Shown here: positions 14,245 through 27,241 of the stretch, piece after piece
Layout: every line of letters starts with the position of its first letter
How positions within the stretch are numbered: position 1 is the first letter of the stretch
NCBI RefSeq assembly: GCF_018350175.1
Contig: NC_058368.1
Coordinates: 7,254,001-7,318,000, forward strand
Source of the DNA: Felis catus
Lineage: Eukaryota
Length of the DNA: 64,000 nt
Reading direction: 5' to 3'
The notes under the pieces: generated by a model
Databases searched by the model: none
What the model saw: the letters and a program-made list of their open reading frames with translations, nothing else
Told to the model about the DNA's origin: nothing
Made by a program: the position numbers and the translations under genes

Positions 14245-14792
14245 TTTAAAAAAATCATTTATTTTTTTATTTTAACTTCAGGATAGTTAACACAGTGTTA
14301 TATTAGTTTCTGGTGTATAATATAATGATTCAACAATTCTACACATTACTCAGTGGTCATTGTGATCGTGTCCTCTTAATCCCCTTCACCTGTTTCACCC
14401 ATTCCCCCACCTACCTCCCCTCTGTAACCATCAGTTTGTTCTCTGTATTTAGGAGTCTGCTTTTTGGTTTGTCTCTTTTCTCTGTTTTATTTCTTAAATC
14501 CCACATAGGAGTGAAATCATACGGTGTTTGTCTCTGACTGACTGACTTATTTCACTTAGCACTATACCCTCTAGATCCATCCATGTTGTTGCAAATGGCA
14601 AGATTTTGTTCTTTTTAATGACTGAGTAATATTCCATTGTACGTATCCACCATATCTTTATCCATTTATCTATCGGTGGACATTTGGATTGCTTCCATAA
14701 TTTGGCTATTGTAAATAATGCGGCAATAAACATAGGGGTGCATATATCTTTTCAAATTAGTGTTTTCCTATTCTTTGGGTAAATACCCAGCA
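14245..14792 (-). mobile_element. L1 3' end (carnivore / L1MA9-like), 5'-truncated
   Basis: ORF 14494-14733 gives the L1 ORF2 C-terminal and 3'UTR-like translation MFIAALFTIAKLWKQ..CP...W; T-rich tail; imperfect TSD gaaa(gc/at)atactttc. Confidence 0.9.
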
Positions 14793-15025
14793 GAAAATAT
14801 ACTTTCATTTAGTGTCTTAGGAAACAATCATGTTGTCAAATAGCACTTTTACTTAGGAAACTGGTGTCAAAATATTAACTTTCCTTTCTGTTCATCTCCT
14901 ACGACTTGATAACATCAACAGTTTATGGCTCACATAACAATCCATAATTTAGGATTAATACTATGAACGGAAACACATTTGTTAAACAGAATATTGCCAA
15001 AGTCTCCCTTTAAGACATAATTCCT

Positions 15026-15240
15026 GGGGCACCTGAGTGGCTCAGTCAGTTGAGCGTCCAACTCTGGCTCAGGTCATCATCTTGCGGTTCGTGGGTTCGA
15101 GCTCCACGCTGGGCTCTATGCTGACACCTCGGGCCTGGAACCATGCTTCAGATTCTGTGCCTCCCCCACTCGTGCTCTCCTCCCCCACTTGTGCTCTGTC
15201 TCTGTCTCTCTCAAAAATAAACATATAAAAAAGTTTTTAA
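15026..15240 (+). mobile_element. Can-SINE
   Basis: Head, CT tract and A-tail; aattcct flanking repeats. Confidence 0.9.
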
Positions 15241-16388
15241 TACAATTCCTATTTTCTATTACTGAAAGAATTTCTTCACCTGTCCCAACATATTTTCATT
15301 TTGGAACTGTGGTTAATATCTTTCAATTAAGTTCTAGGGGGACAAGAAGAGCCTCTGATGCCACCCCTTAAAAAATGAAAACAAAAACGCAACTGTGCCA
15401 CTGGTACAACTGCATATTCTGACTTAGCTTGTAAAGCAGCATGACTGTCCTAGAAACAAGAGCAAATCACCACTTGGATATGTTATGACCACTTCCCATA
15501 GGATATGCCCACGTAAGCGATGCCATCACGGAACTTAGCACTTAGTATTCCTCCACCGAAAGGCTGCTGTCCTGATGCAATTTTAATGCACACATCTTCT
15601 TGGTATCGCCCTGCCAAACACAGATTTGCTTCTGTTTTCTGAAATATTTTCCTTACTAAAAACATATATATTGATAAAAAGAAAAAAAAACCCACAGCAC
15701 ACAGTTAACATGCTGTTGGCATGCGATGCGACGGTGCAGACAAGGAGAGCAAGCGTGGCCGCGGAGCGTCAGGCAGAGCAGAGTCAGTTGCACACGCCGT
15801 GCAAATGCCCTTCAGCGAACAAGTGCTCTACGTGGCCACCCTAACTAAACTGAATGTGCTCTGCAAAATGAAGTGCTTTTCTCAACTCTGGTCGCTCTCT
15901 CTCCTCTTTATTTCAACAGGTTTCATCCCTATGACTGCAGAAGATACACATGGTAACAGTGCTGAACATGCAGGATAAATATCTCCCTAACTTGCAATGA
16001 AAGCTTTGCTATACGGGCTGAGGCACTTTCAAGGAAATAAGAAACAGAGGGTAAGGAGGAATTAGGGCAGGTCCTTGGGGACTATGAAAAATGTCATCAA
16101 CTTCACTCATCATACGTTTCACTGGAGATTAGGAAGACTGTCCAACAATTATAAATGGGCACCAGAGCAAGCACATACATATTTGGTAGAGGAATTACAC
16201 CTATTTTTTTTACTCTTGTCCACTTTCCAGATTTTCTATGAATGTCTATTATCAAATGTTCTATTTTTTAATTATTTTAATATAAAGGTGGAAAAAACTC
16301 TAATATTCCACAAATAAAGTTTTTTAAAAATAGAAAAAAGAAAAAGAAAACCTAAGGCTCAAAGGGCCACTATGGAGAAGATTTAAGT

Positions 16389-16890
16389 GGGGTGCCTGGG
16401 TGGGTGGCTCAGTTAGTTAGGTGTCCAACTCTTGGTTTCGGTTCAGGTCATGATCATGAGTTTGAGCCTCGTGTCCGGCCCACAGCCTGGAGCCTGCTTG
16501 GGACTCACTCTCCCCCTCTCTCTCTGCCCCTCCCCTGCTTGTGTGTGGGTGCATGCACTCTCTCTCTCTCAAAATAAATAAACTTAAAAAAAAAAAAAGA
16601 ACAATGTTTAAGCTATAAGAAGTTAATCTTTTTTGCAGTAACCCATTTTCTTATGCTTGTACCTAAACTGCATTTGTTTGTTTGTTTGTTTGTTTATTTA
16701 TTTATGAGACAGAGAGTGCATGTGCACATGGGGGAGGGAAAGAGAGAGAGGGAGAGAGAGAGTTCCAAGCAGGCTCCACACTGCCAGCCAGGAGCCTGAC
16801 GAGGAGCTCAAACTCATGAACTGTGAGATGATGATCTGAGCTGAAACCAAGAGCCCAACACTTAAGTAATTGAACCATGAAGGAGTCCCC
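16389..16890. mobile_element. Two Can-SINEs tail-to-tail (16389-16599 +, about 16673-16890 -)
   Basis: Recognisable SINEC heads in opposite orientations. Confidence 0.85.
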
Positions 16891-17122
16891 TAAATTGCCA
16901 TTTTTTAAATAAAATTTTAATGGGGGGGGGGGGACAATTCCTTGTCCAAAAACATCATACAAAATAAATACACAACCATGCAGGGAAACATCTCACTAGG
17001 TACCTATTATTACAAGAAAGATTTGATAAAACAGTAAAATCAGAACCCTTACTGATAGCCCATTACAAACATCAAGGTAAATATACTTTCTAGTAGCCAA
17101 TCTCTGCAAAGAAGCAATTACT

Positions 17123-18138
17123 AGCTCCCAAGAAACAAAAGTCCAAGACCAGATGGTTTGGTAAATTCTACCAAACATTTGAAGAAAAATTAATGCCAAT
17201 CTCCTCAAACGCTTCCAAAAAACAGAAGAGGATAGAACACTTCCAAACTCATTTGATGAAGCAAGTATGACCCTGCTACCAAAACCAGACAATGTCACTG
17301 CAAGACAATTATAGGACAATAACCCCAATAAACATAGATGCAAAAATCCTCAATAAAATATTAGCAAACCAAATTAAACAACACATTAAAAGAATCATAC
17401 GTCATAATCAAATGGGATTTATTCCAGGAATGCAAGGACGGTTGAACTCCACTAATCAATCAGCGTGACAGACCATATCAACAAAATGAAGGGTAAAAAT
17501 CACACAATCATCTCAACAGATACAGAAAAAGCATTTGACAAAATTCAGCATTCACTTATGATAAAAACTCTCAATAAAGGGGGCACAGAGAGAAGGTACT
17601 TCAACATAATAAAAGCCATACATGACAAGCCCACAGCTAACATCATACTCAACAGTAAAGAGCTGAAAGCTTTTCCTCTAAAATCAGAAACAAGACAAGG
17701 ATGTCCATTCTTGCCACTTTTATTCAATGCAGTATTGGAAGTCCTGGCCAGAGCAATTAGGCAAGAAAAAAAAAAAAAAAGGCATCCAAATTGGGAATGA
17801 AGAAGTTAAACTGTCATTATATACAGATGACATGATATTTTATATATAAAATTTTAAAGACTCCACCAGAAAACTGTCAGAACAAGCAAAATCAATCAAG
17901 TTGTAGGATACAAAATCAATATACAAAAATCTGTTTTGTTCCTACATACTAATAATGAATTATCAAGGAGACATCAAGAAAATCCCATTTAAATCAGAAA
18001 AAAAAATACTTAGGAATATATCTAACCAAGAAGACCTGTATATAACTAAAACTGTAAGAAAATGATGAAAAAAACTGAACACACAAATAAATGAAAAAAT
18101 ATTCAATACTGGTGGATTAGTAGAATATTGTCAAAATT
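17123..18138 (+). mobile_element. Decayed L1 ORF2 reverse-transcriptase fragment
   Basis: ORF 17465-17800 contains EKAFDKIQH...PTANIILN...[23 protein letters not shown] (YADD-like) motif follows at about 17820 after a frameshift. Multiple stops. Confidence 0.92.
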
Positions 18139-18480
18139 GACACAGGGCTCAATCTCACAACCCTGGGATCATGAACCTGAGCCAAAATCAAGAGCCAGAG
18201 ACATTCAACCAACTGAGCCACCAAGGTGCCCCTCTAATATCATATTCCAACTGAACTCAACGAAAAGACCATCTTTCCCCTTCCCCTTTGTAGAATAAAA
18301 TGGATGTACTCAACACTTCTCAAAATGAAAGATATTCTAAGAGTGCCCACTACAAACATTAATATAGTTAACGGTACAATCTGCAGAATTGATGAACACT
18401 GTAAAATGCACCGAGACATTTCTGATTGGCAAGCAGATTTGTTAAACAATTATTAATTCAGCATAATTTATACTACAATA

Positions 18481-19563
18481 CAGTAAAATCTTGGATTGCA
18501 ATAACTTGTTCGGTAAGTGTTCCACAAGACGAGCAAACTTTTTTTTTTTAATTTTTTTTAAATGTTTGTTTATTTTTGAGAGAGGGACACAGAGTGTGAG
18601 TGGGGAAGGGGCAGAAAGAGAGAGAGAGAGAGACACAGAATCCGAAGCAGGCTCCAGGCTCCGAGCTGTCAGCACAGAGCTCAATGAAGGGCTCAAACCC
18701 ACAAACCGCGAGATCATGACCTGAGCCGAAGTCAGACACTTACCCGACTGAGCCACCCAGGCGCCCCGACCAGCAAACATTTCTAATCAATTTTAACTTG
18801 ATAAACGAGCGACGTCTTGCAATACGAGTAGTACATGACGCCCAATGTCACGCGATCACAACTGCACCAATGGTTCTTCTCTTTCTTGCTGCGGGATTGT
18901 GGGGGATCACCTCCCGTGCTTGGAGGCTCGGTCTCAGGCCGTGGTGCTTGGCAGAAATCAGTGATTTTTCGGAACATCGGAAGGTGCCCACAACTGGCAC
19001 TAGAGTATTTTTTGTCACTTCAAAGCACCTATGGATGGCCCTCTGCTTTTCCAGACACGAGAAAGCTTAGGGATGCTTTGCTTCACTCTAGGTCAGGCTG
19101 CCTGCAGATATCGACCCTTTTCTCTGCTGCCTTATTGCCAGTTACATTAAATACAGTACATAACAAGATCTTATGAAAACTGTACTGTACTCAACATCCA
19201 TGCGAGCATACACAACGGCCCCATGCAGAAAAAGATTCGAGTGAGCCAACAGATAGCAGTGACTCCGGTAGTGATAGTCAAAGTCGTCCTACCCAAAACC
19301 CTCCTGTCTCTTGTCTCCCTCATACTAGCCATGAAGGTTTTCAAAGGTAAGTGCAGGTTAATTTATTTTTCTTTATATTTTGTATTCTTTATTATTTTAT
19401 ATATCAGTATTGTAATCATTTTTACATGAATATATATGGGTTGTGGAATTAATCATCTCAGTTTCCATGATTTCTTATGGGGAAATTCGCTTTGATATAC
19501 AAGTGCTTTGGATTACAAGCAGGTTTCTGGAACAAATTATGCTCACAAACCAAGGTTTTACTG
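18481..19563. mobile_element. Tc1/mariner-pogo (Tigger-type) non-autonomous DNA transposon, interrupted by a SINE
   Basis: Terminal inverted repeats cagtaaaatcttggattgc / caaaccaaggttttactg, with TA duplications at 18479-18480 and 19564-19565. Confidence 0.85.
18539..18767 (-). mobile_element. Can-SINE nested in the Tigger-type element
   Basis: Antisense SINEC flanked by agcaaac. Confidence 0.92.
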
Positions 19564-19786
19564 TATTCCCTAATAACCAAGCTTTTCAGCAAAATTTAAA
19601 GTGAACTAAATAGATATTTTTTCCATGGTTGCATATCTATATTTGTTAGGTCAAAGGAACTTAGTAAATGTTCCATTTTCCCTTAAGTTATCATCAAGAT
19701 GACTAAATGTTTATTATGTTCAGCTATCCCTTTAAAAAAGAGTAAACAACAGGGTCGTGATTTATAGTTTTAAAAAAGGCCAAATT

Positions 19787-19880
19787 GGGCACCTGGGTGG
19801 CTCAGTTGATTAAGCACCTAGGTCTTGATCTCAAGATCATGAGTTCAAGCCCTGGTTTGGGCTCCATGCAAAACAAAATA
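19787..19880 (+). mobile_element. Short Can-SINE
   Basis: tRNA-like head directly followed by an A-tail; TSD aaaaaaggccaaat. Confidence 0.8.
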
Positions 19881-20296
19881 AAAAAGGCCAAATAACCCCT
19901 TATATATATATATCCATCCATCCATCCATCCATCCATCCATCCATCCATCCAACTGAGAAAAATCCCTGCATGGTAATAACTGTTCTTCAAGAGATAAAG
20001 ACTTTCTTAAGGTAATACAATTCAGGTGAGATCACCAAACACATTAAAAACAGAATTTCAAAAAGAAGAGCACATTAAAACAAATTTTGAGCTAATTTAA
20101 ATCAAGGTACAGAGCAGTATGTGTCTAAAAATATCTGTCCATATAGATACATGCATGAGTTTATATGCACAAAATATGTCGAGAGGGATATACAAAAAAG
20201 TAACAGTAGTCAACTCTGAAGGAATTAAGTGGCTGGGGCACAGGAGTAGGAGTGAGGCTTGTTTTTCAAGAAGTACCTATTTGTTCAGACTGACTT

Positions 20297-20421
20297 TTTT
20301 TTAAGGTTACTTATTTATTTATTTATTTCTAAGGAATCTCTACAACCAATGTAGAGCTCGAACTCCCAACCCCCAGATCAAGACTCACAAGCTCTTTCCA
20401 CTGAGCCAGCCGGGTGCTCCC
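20297..20421 (-). mobile_element. Short Can-SINE
   Basis: Antisense head; TSD cagactgacttttt. Confidence 0.8.
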
Positions 20422-22394
20422 ATGCAGACTGACTTTTATGTGTGTGGTTGTATACGAAGGCAGAAGCATGTACAGAAGGAAATAAAGTAGAAGCAGAACG
20501 TAGCCCAGCTTGGTTCTTACATACATGATGAAATTAAAAGGCAAAGTAAGCAAACACAACATCGTCAACAAAAATGATGATTTTTATGGGGCACTAAAAA
20601 TGAAGCATTGTGCCCAAGATGCTTTTTCTTCACTGCCTCATCTCCGTGTTTCAAAAATAAATAAGTAAAACACAAACCTAAATATTAAGTATCGTATTTA
20701 TCTGCAAAGTGAGTTCATACCATCAAAATGGGAGGCACGCAGTCACCACATAATAAAAACAAAGATTTTTATTGCAAGACACATAGACATAGAATTATTC
20801 TGTTCAAACTCATTGAAACGTCCAGTGTTGTAATACGTGTCTAAGAATCAATTCAACATCCAACTGTAACAACACCCACAAAGACAGACACATTTGTGTT
20901 TTCTTGTATTTACTTCCACTATTGCTGCTTAAGGGAAATCTGCCGTGGCCTTCTTTGTTTCTAAAAATGCACCGCAACGTCAACTGATGAGTCATGAGTC
21001 ACATTCCAAATTCTTATGTACCAGAGAAAGCAGGGCACAAAAGTCTTACACATCCATTGTAAAGATACTTGGTCACTATGTTACAAATCAAAAGTTCTTT
21101 ATAAGGTAACCCAGATGATGGTTTTCTGAAGAGACAGGAGAAGCTTTATGATAAAACTGCAAATTCCGTAAGGACTGATAAAAATCGTTTGCCCTTGTTC
21201 CCTCCTAATAACTGGTCGGGTTTGTTTTTGTGAATTCAGAACATACAAAGAGTAAGCGCTGGGAGATACTGACAGGTACAAACCCTACAAACGCTCAGCT
21301 TCGTGAAGACCCACGTGATCTGAGAAACGGTTTTCCAGATGCCTTGCTTCTGACCTCTAAATTCCTTCCTACTTTTGCTATTTGGCAATTTCACTGGGTG
21401 CAAATGTCCAGGGAAGGAAAAGGCCAAGGGCAAGAAGCAGGGATGCCACCGTTTGGTCTGTTTCTCTTTGCGAGTATTCGTGAAGTTTTCCTGATGGAGA
21501 AGACAAACTGATGGCGGGGAGGAGATGTGACAACCAGCTGCGGATCTTAGTCACCTGTGTACCGGGCCACTGAGAGCAGGCCACACCATCTTGTTTTCTC
21601 CTTGGCCTTTGTCATGATTCGTTTCCTTAAGCTGCTTACCTGTTTATTGTTTCTCTCTCCTCCTGCCCCCACAGCACGTAAACTCCTTAAGAACAGGGAC
21701 CCCACTCGTCTTGTTCACTGCTATAGGGTCACCATCCGGAACACTGCCTGGCACCCAACAGGCATTTGATAAATATCCAGGGAGGGCAGGGGAAATACAC
21801 AATCGTTACTTAACTATCTCAGGACCGGCACAATCACAAAAACGCTGAAACTATTTTTTCACTCGAGACTATCCTTTGCCTATAATGACTGAATAATAGT
21901 AATAATTACTAACTATTGCCTTGCCACAAAACTCTCTATACTTAAGTTTTACTACTTAGATATCATATTTGTATCAAAATATAGTAACAGTAATAAAGCT
22001 ATAATCTGACTAGTCTTAACTTCTCAGAGCAAGAACTTTTATAATTCACTTTCATATCCCAAATATCTAGAATGGTACACAAGTAACAGAATAGATATTC
22101 AAATATTTGAATAAAGGATTTTAAAAGAATTGTAACTGGTGGCATTACTAGCCATTTTCTATTTTCTTTGCATAGTGTAGGAACTCCTAAATTTTCCATA
22201 TTTGGCATTACTGTAATTATAAAAAAAATACAGTGTTAGAAGAAAAAAGGAAACCGCATGTACCCTTATGCCCCCATGTCCTAATGTATGCAACAAGGCA
22301 AATCAAATAGATGTCCTGTTTGCTTCCTAGGAGTTATCAGATTTAAAAATGTTCTTTAAAACAGACATATCACCATTTTAAACATGAATTACAA

Positions 22395-22697
22395 TTTTTT
22401 TAATTAAAGAAATTTTTTAACATTTACTCATTTTTAAGAGAGACAGAGAGACAGAGCATGAGTGTGGGAGGGCAGAGAGAGAGGGAGACACAGAATCTGA
22501 AGCAGGCTCCAGGCTCCGAGCTGTCAGCACAGAGCCCGACGCGGGGCTCAAACCCACAAACCGTGAGATCATGACCTGAGCGGAAGTCGGATGCTTAACC
22601 GACTGAGCCACCCAGGCACCCCAGAATTTTTTAAATTTTTGAAGTTTTAATTTTTATTTTTTTTGAAGCTCATTTATTTATTTTGAGAGAGAGAGGC

Positions 22698-22732
<35 letters not shown>

Positions 22733-22837
22733 GAATCCCAAGCAGGTTCCACACTGCCAGCACACAGCCTGATGTGGGGCTCAAACTCACAAACCGTGAA
22801 GTTGGACGCTTAAGCTACTCAGCCACCCAGGCTCCCC
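22395..22837 (-). mobile_element. Two tandem antisense Can-SINEs (about 22395-22622 and 22650-22837)
   Basis: Two T-tails, GA tracts and heads. Confidence 0.9.
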
Positions 22838-23713
22838 TAGAAATCTTATTTTTAAAAACAGTAAGCCTTATCTTCCAGAAAGGTATCCTTTCACAAACCC
22901 TAGTGTACTTGAAGAGCAGTTTCTTTTTTGTTAACAGAACGATGTTCTTTTCAAAAGGTTCAAGTAACCGGAAGAGTGATTTTTTACGGAGACATAAAGA
23001 GTGGCGTGCTATGAATAAGCATTTTAAGAACTACTTAAGAATCTACTTTGCTTTCTCTAGCACCAAGTCTGATTTATTGCCTCTGGCAAACCCAGACTAT
23101 AAATAAAGAAAATTCAGTCACATGGTCACACCTAGAAAGACTAAAATCAGACTGAACAACTTCATGGCACATCAACTCTTTACAATAAAGAAAAAGCTAC
23201 CACGATATACTTTAGTTGAAAGTTAACTCTGATGTTTAATAGATTTGATCATCCTTCTGTATCCTGCAAAATAGAGTCACTGAATTTTTTTTAGTCCTTT
23301 CTGAAAAAAAGCTACCAGAGGATTAAAAAAACATCCAGACTCACAGCATAAATCCTGAAAGCTTTCTTAATGTTATATACCTCTCAAAGCTGGAAAACAC
23401 TATTCAAATGTGTTGACAAATGTACTCAATATCTGGAAAAACAAAAGGTCAGAAACCTAGAAAAATTCTTTTTAATTTTTAACAAACTCTGAAATTAGTC
23501 TATTGAAGTCTCAGTGTATCTCATCTATAATGAAAGCGCAAGGCCTAAAATTAGAAAAATTAATGAGGGTAATAAATATTTCATATGAGATCTAATTGTT
23601 ATGGATACTTTGGAAATCTTATTAAACGGCTCTGACAGAATGCCCTGACGAGGCAGGCTCAGCACCTACTGACCACAAGCATCGTACATTTGTAATAAAG
23701 AGACAGAGGATGC

Positions 23714-24474
23714 CTCTCTCTCTGCCCCTCCCCCGTTCATGCTCTGTCTCTCTCTGTCCCAAAAATTAATAAACGTTGAAAAAAAAATTTTTAAAAAAAA
23801 AGGGGCGCCTGGGTGGCGCAGTCGGTTAAGCATCCGACTTCAGCCAGGTCACGATCTCGCGGTCCGGGAGTTCGAGCCCCGCGTCGGGCTCTGGGCTGAT
23901 GGCTCAGAGCCTGGAGCCTGTTTCCGATTCTGTGTCTCCCTCTCTCTCTGCCCCTCCCCCGTTCATGCTCTGTCTCTCTCTGTCCCAAAAATTAATAAAC
24001 GTTGAAAAAAAAATTAAAAAAAAAAGGGGCGCCTGGGTGGCGCAGTCGGTTAAGCGTCCGACTTCAGCCAGGTCACGATCTGGCGGTCCGGGAGTTCGAG
24101 CCCCGCGTCGGGCTCTGGGCTGATGGCTCAGAGCCTGGAGCCTGTTTCCGATTCTGTGTCTCCCTCTCTCTCTGCCCCTCCCCCGTTCATGCTCTGTCTC
24201 TCTCTGTCCCAAAAATTAATAAACGTTGAAAAAAAAAAATTAAAAAAAAAAAGGGGCGCCTGGGTGGCGCAGTCGGTTAAGCGTCCGACTTCAGCCAGGT
24301 CACGATCTCGCGGTCCGGGAGTTCGAGCCCCGCGTCGGGCTCTGGGCTGATGGCTCAGAGCCTGGAGCCTGTTTCCGATTCTGTGTCTCCCTCTCTCTCT
24401 GCCCCTCCCCCGTTCATGCTCTGTCTCTCTCTGTCCCAAAAATTAATAAACGTTGAAAAAAAAAATTTTTAAAA
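23714..24474 (+). mobile_element. Head-to-tail SINEC_Fc concatemer: one 5'-truncated copy plus 3 full copies
   Basis: Units at 23714-23801, 23802-24025, 24026-24252 and 24253-24474. Single 17-bp TSD aaagagacagaggatgc at 23697-23713 and 24475-24491. Confidence 0.95.
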
Positions 24475-24739
24475 AAAGAGACAGAGGATGCAATCACCTG
24501 CATTCGGATACTTGGTTTCTTCCGAGTCATCTTACTTTTTACTACAGCTAGTCCTAGACTACTGATCGTTTCCATATTGGTGTCTCAATATGACACTACC
24601 ATTTGAGAAACCGTCTCCTGGCCTAATTACTCACATCAATCCCCCCCCCCCCCCAAATTAAAACTATTCCATATATTTCAGACCTTTTCCTCTCGTTTCC
24701 ATACGCAAAGTCTCAGAAGTACGTTCAAAATAGTTTGTT

Positions 24740-26100
24740 TGGACCCTTATCTTATACCATATCCAAAAATTGATTCAGGTGGATTAAAGGCCTAAAATTA
24801 TAAAGCCCCTCGAAGAAAACAGGAGGAAAGCCTCAGGACCGTGGATTCGGCACGGATTTCTTGAATACAACACCAAAATTATAGGCAACAAAAGCAAAAA
24901 CGGACAAATGGGACACAGAATCACATTTGTCACATCAAAGGACACAATAATGAAGTGAAAAAGCAACCTAAAACAGGGGAAATATCTGCAAATAGCGTAT
25001 CTGATAAGTGGCTAACACCCAGAATTATAAACAACTAGTACAAATCAACAAAAATCAAACAGTCCAATTAAAAAATGGGCCAATGGGTGGGAGGGAGGGC
25101 AGGGTGGGTGATGGGTATTGAGGAGGGCACCTTTTGGGATGAGCACTGGGTGTTGTACGGAAACCAATTTGACAATAAATTTCATATATTGAAAAAAAAA
25201 AACCAACTAGCTACTCTCCAAATATACATCATTCATTAAAAAAAAAAAAAAAGAAAAAAAAATGGGCCAAGGACTTGAACAGACATTTCTCCAAAGATGA
25301 GCTACAAATGGCCAACAACATAATGAGCAGATGCTCAACGTCACTAATTATCGCTAATTACCAGAGAAATGCAAATCAAAACCACAATGAGTTGTCACTT
25401 CATGCCTGGTAAGATGGCTATAATCAAAAAAACAAAACAAAACAAAACAAAACAGAATAACAAGTGTTGGTGAGGATGTGGAGAAACTGGAACCCTCACA
25501 TACTATGGGGGAGACGGTAAAATGGCACAGCCTCTATGGAAAACAGTATAGGAGTTCTAAAGAAATTAAAAATAGAATGACCTTATGATCCAGCCATCCC
25601 ACTTCTGGTATTTAAAGAATCAGATTCCTAAAGAATTGAGGGCAGGGTGTCAAGAAGATATTTGCACACCCATGTTCAATGCAACGCTATTCACGACAGC
25701 CAAGAGATAGCAGCCAGCCAAATATCCATGAACAGAGAAGGCACAATGTTATTAATATTATACCATCTTAAAAAGAAGGAAATTCTGTCACAGGCCGTAA
25801 CACAGACGAACCTTCAGATCCTTACACTAAGTGAAATAAACCAGTCGCAGAAAGACAAATACTGTAGGATTCCACCTCTATGCAGTATCTAAAGTATCCA
25901 AATCCACAGAAACCAGGGGGGTCAGGGAAGAAGGAAACAGGGGCTGTTGTCTAGTGGGTATAGTTTTAGTTTTGCAAGATGGAAAAGTTCTAGACCTCTG
26001 TTGGTACAACAGTATGAATATACTTAACACTGCTGTAGTACTGTGCACTTGAAAATGGTTAAGGGGGCAAATCTTACGTTCCGTTATTTTTTGCCGCAAG
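24740..26100 (+). mobile_element. Old L1 (L1MA/MB-like) ORF2 C-terminus and 3'UTR
   Basis: Typical L1 motifs gacttgaacagacatttctccaaaga, aaatgcaaatcaaaaccacaatgag and tatgatccagccatcccacttctgg. Confidence 0.9.
25084..25256 (+). mobile_element. Young felid L1 extreme 3' end with an extra 35-bp segment and a second poly(A)
   Basis: L1 3'UTR gagcactgggtgttgtacggaaaccaatttgacaataaa. TSD aaaaaatgggccaa at 25070-25083 and 25257-25270. Confidence 0.88.
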
Positions 26101-26354
26101 AAAAACTGAAGCAGTATAAAACACTCTTGTTAAATTATTATTTTGATAAGATTCCTTTTACTCTAGCCCCTGAAAATTTAGGGTCTGCATTGAGATATGC
26201 TACTTACAAGGGTAAAATATAACCAGATTCCAAATACTTAATAGGAAAAGAAGTCAAATATCTTACTTTTATGTTGACCACATGTTAATACATCTTTTAA
26301 AATATTGTTTTAAGTAAATATAACATCAAACAACAAAAAATATTTTGTTATTCT

Positions 26355-26571
26355 TTTTTTTTAAATGTTTATTTATTTTTGAGAGACAGAGAGAGACAGA
26401 GTGTGAACGGGGGAGGGGGAGGGGCAGAGAGAGAGACGCACAGAATCTGAAGAGGCTCCAGGCTCCGAGCCGTCAGCACAGAGCCCGATGCGGGGCTTGA
26501 ACTCACAAGCCGTGAGATCACGACCTGAGCCGAAGCCGGACGCTTAACCGACTGAGCCACCCGGGCGCCCC
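26355..26571 (-). mobile_element. Can-SINE
   Basis: TSD aaaatattttgttattct at 26337-26354 and 26572-26589. Confidence 0.95.
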
Positions 26572-27241
26572 AAAATATTTTGTTATTCTGCAAGAAGAAT
26601 AACTCGAGGGGGATGTCAGTGGAGCTTTGTTTTAAAGGTTTCAGACTAGAGCGTATTTAAACTGATATGGAAAAGCCGGCAGGGGGAAAGGGATTAAACA
26701 CAGAAGAGAGTTAACCAAAGACAGCCTCTCCTGAGAAGGACTTTGAAGGATGGGATCAAGAACACGTGTGGAAAAGCTAGCCTCCCACAGATCTGAGACT
26801 TCCGTACATCAGCTGGGAAGGGGAAGGACAGAAACCTGAGAGATCAAACCAGATCGTTTATGAGGTGGCCAGACTACTTGCAGACCGTAGAAGAGGGGCT
26901 TGGACAAAAGGGTTGGTCAATGATGAAGGTCTGGAACAACCCCCAAGGGATGAAGAACGGAGTCCTTACTTAGGGCCAACAAGGCCTACGTGATCCGGCC
27001 TTGCCTCCCTCCCTGGCCTCATCCCAGGCCTCTCTCTCCTAGCTCCCTCATCCGTCTTCTCGTCCTCCTTCAAAGGGCTGTCTGTCCACCTCTGACTGCT
27101 TCTTTTGAGGAGGGTTTACCTGTGTAACACCTACTCAGCCAGGTATCTGTTCAGAGACGAATTCCTGGGGGACCGTTTCCGGAACATCGAGCTCCCCAGA
27201 GCCTGGTTCCCCTCATTTTATCCCCAGATGACACCTTACAG

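Noticed and set aside
17465..17800. Reverse transcriptase ORF as a functional gene
   Set aside because: Fragment of a decayed L1 with frameshifts and stops on both sides.
23739..24439. Repeated 65-103 aa ORFs and a regularly spaced array that could suggest a CRISPR or gene cluster
   Set aside because: These are SINE-derived reading frames; there are no unique spacers, and this is a eukaryotic genome.
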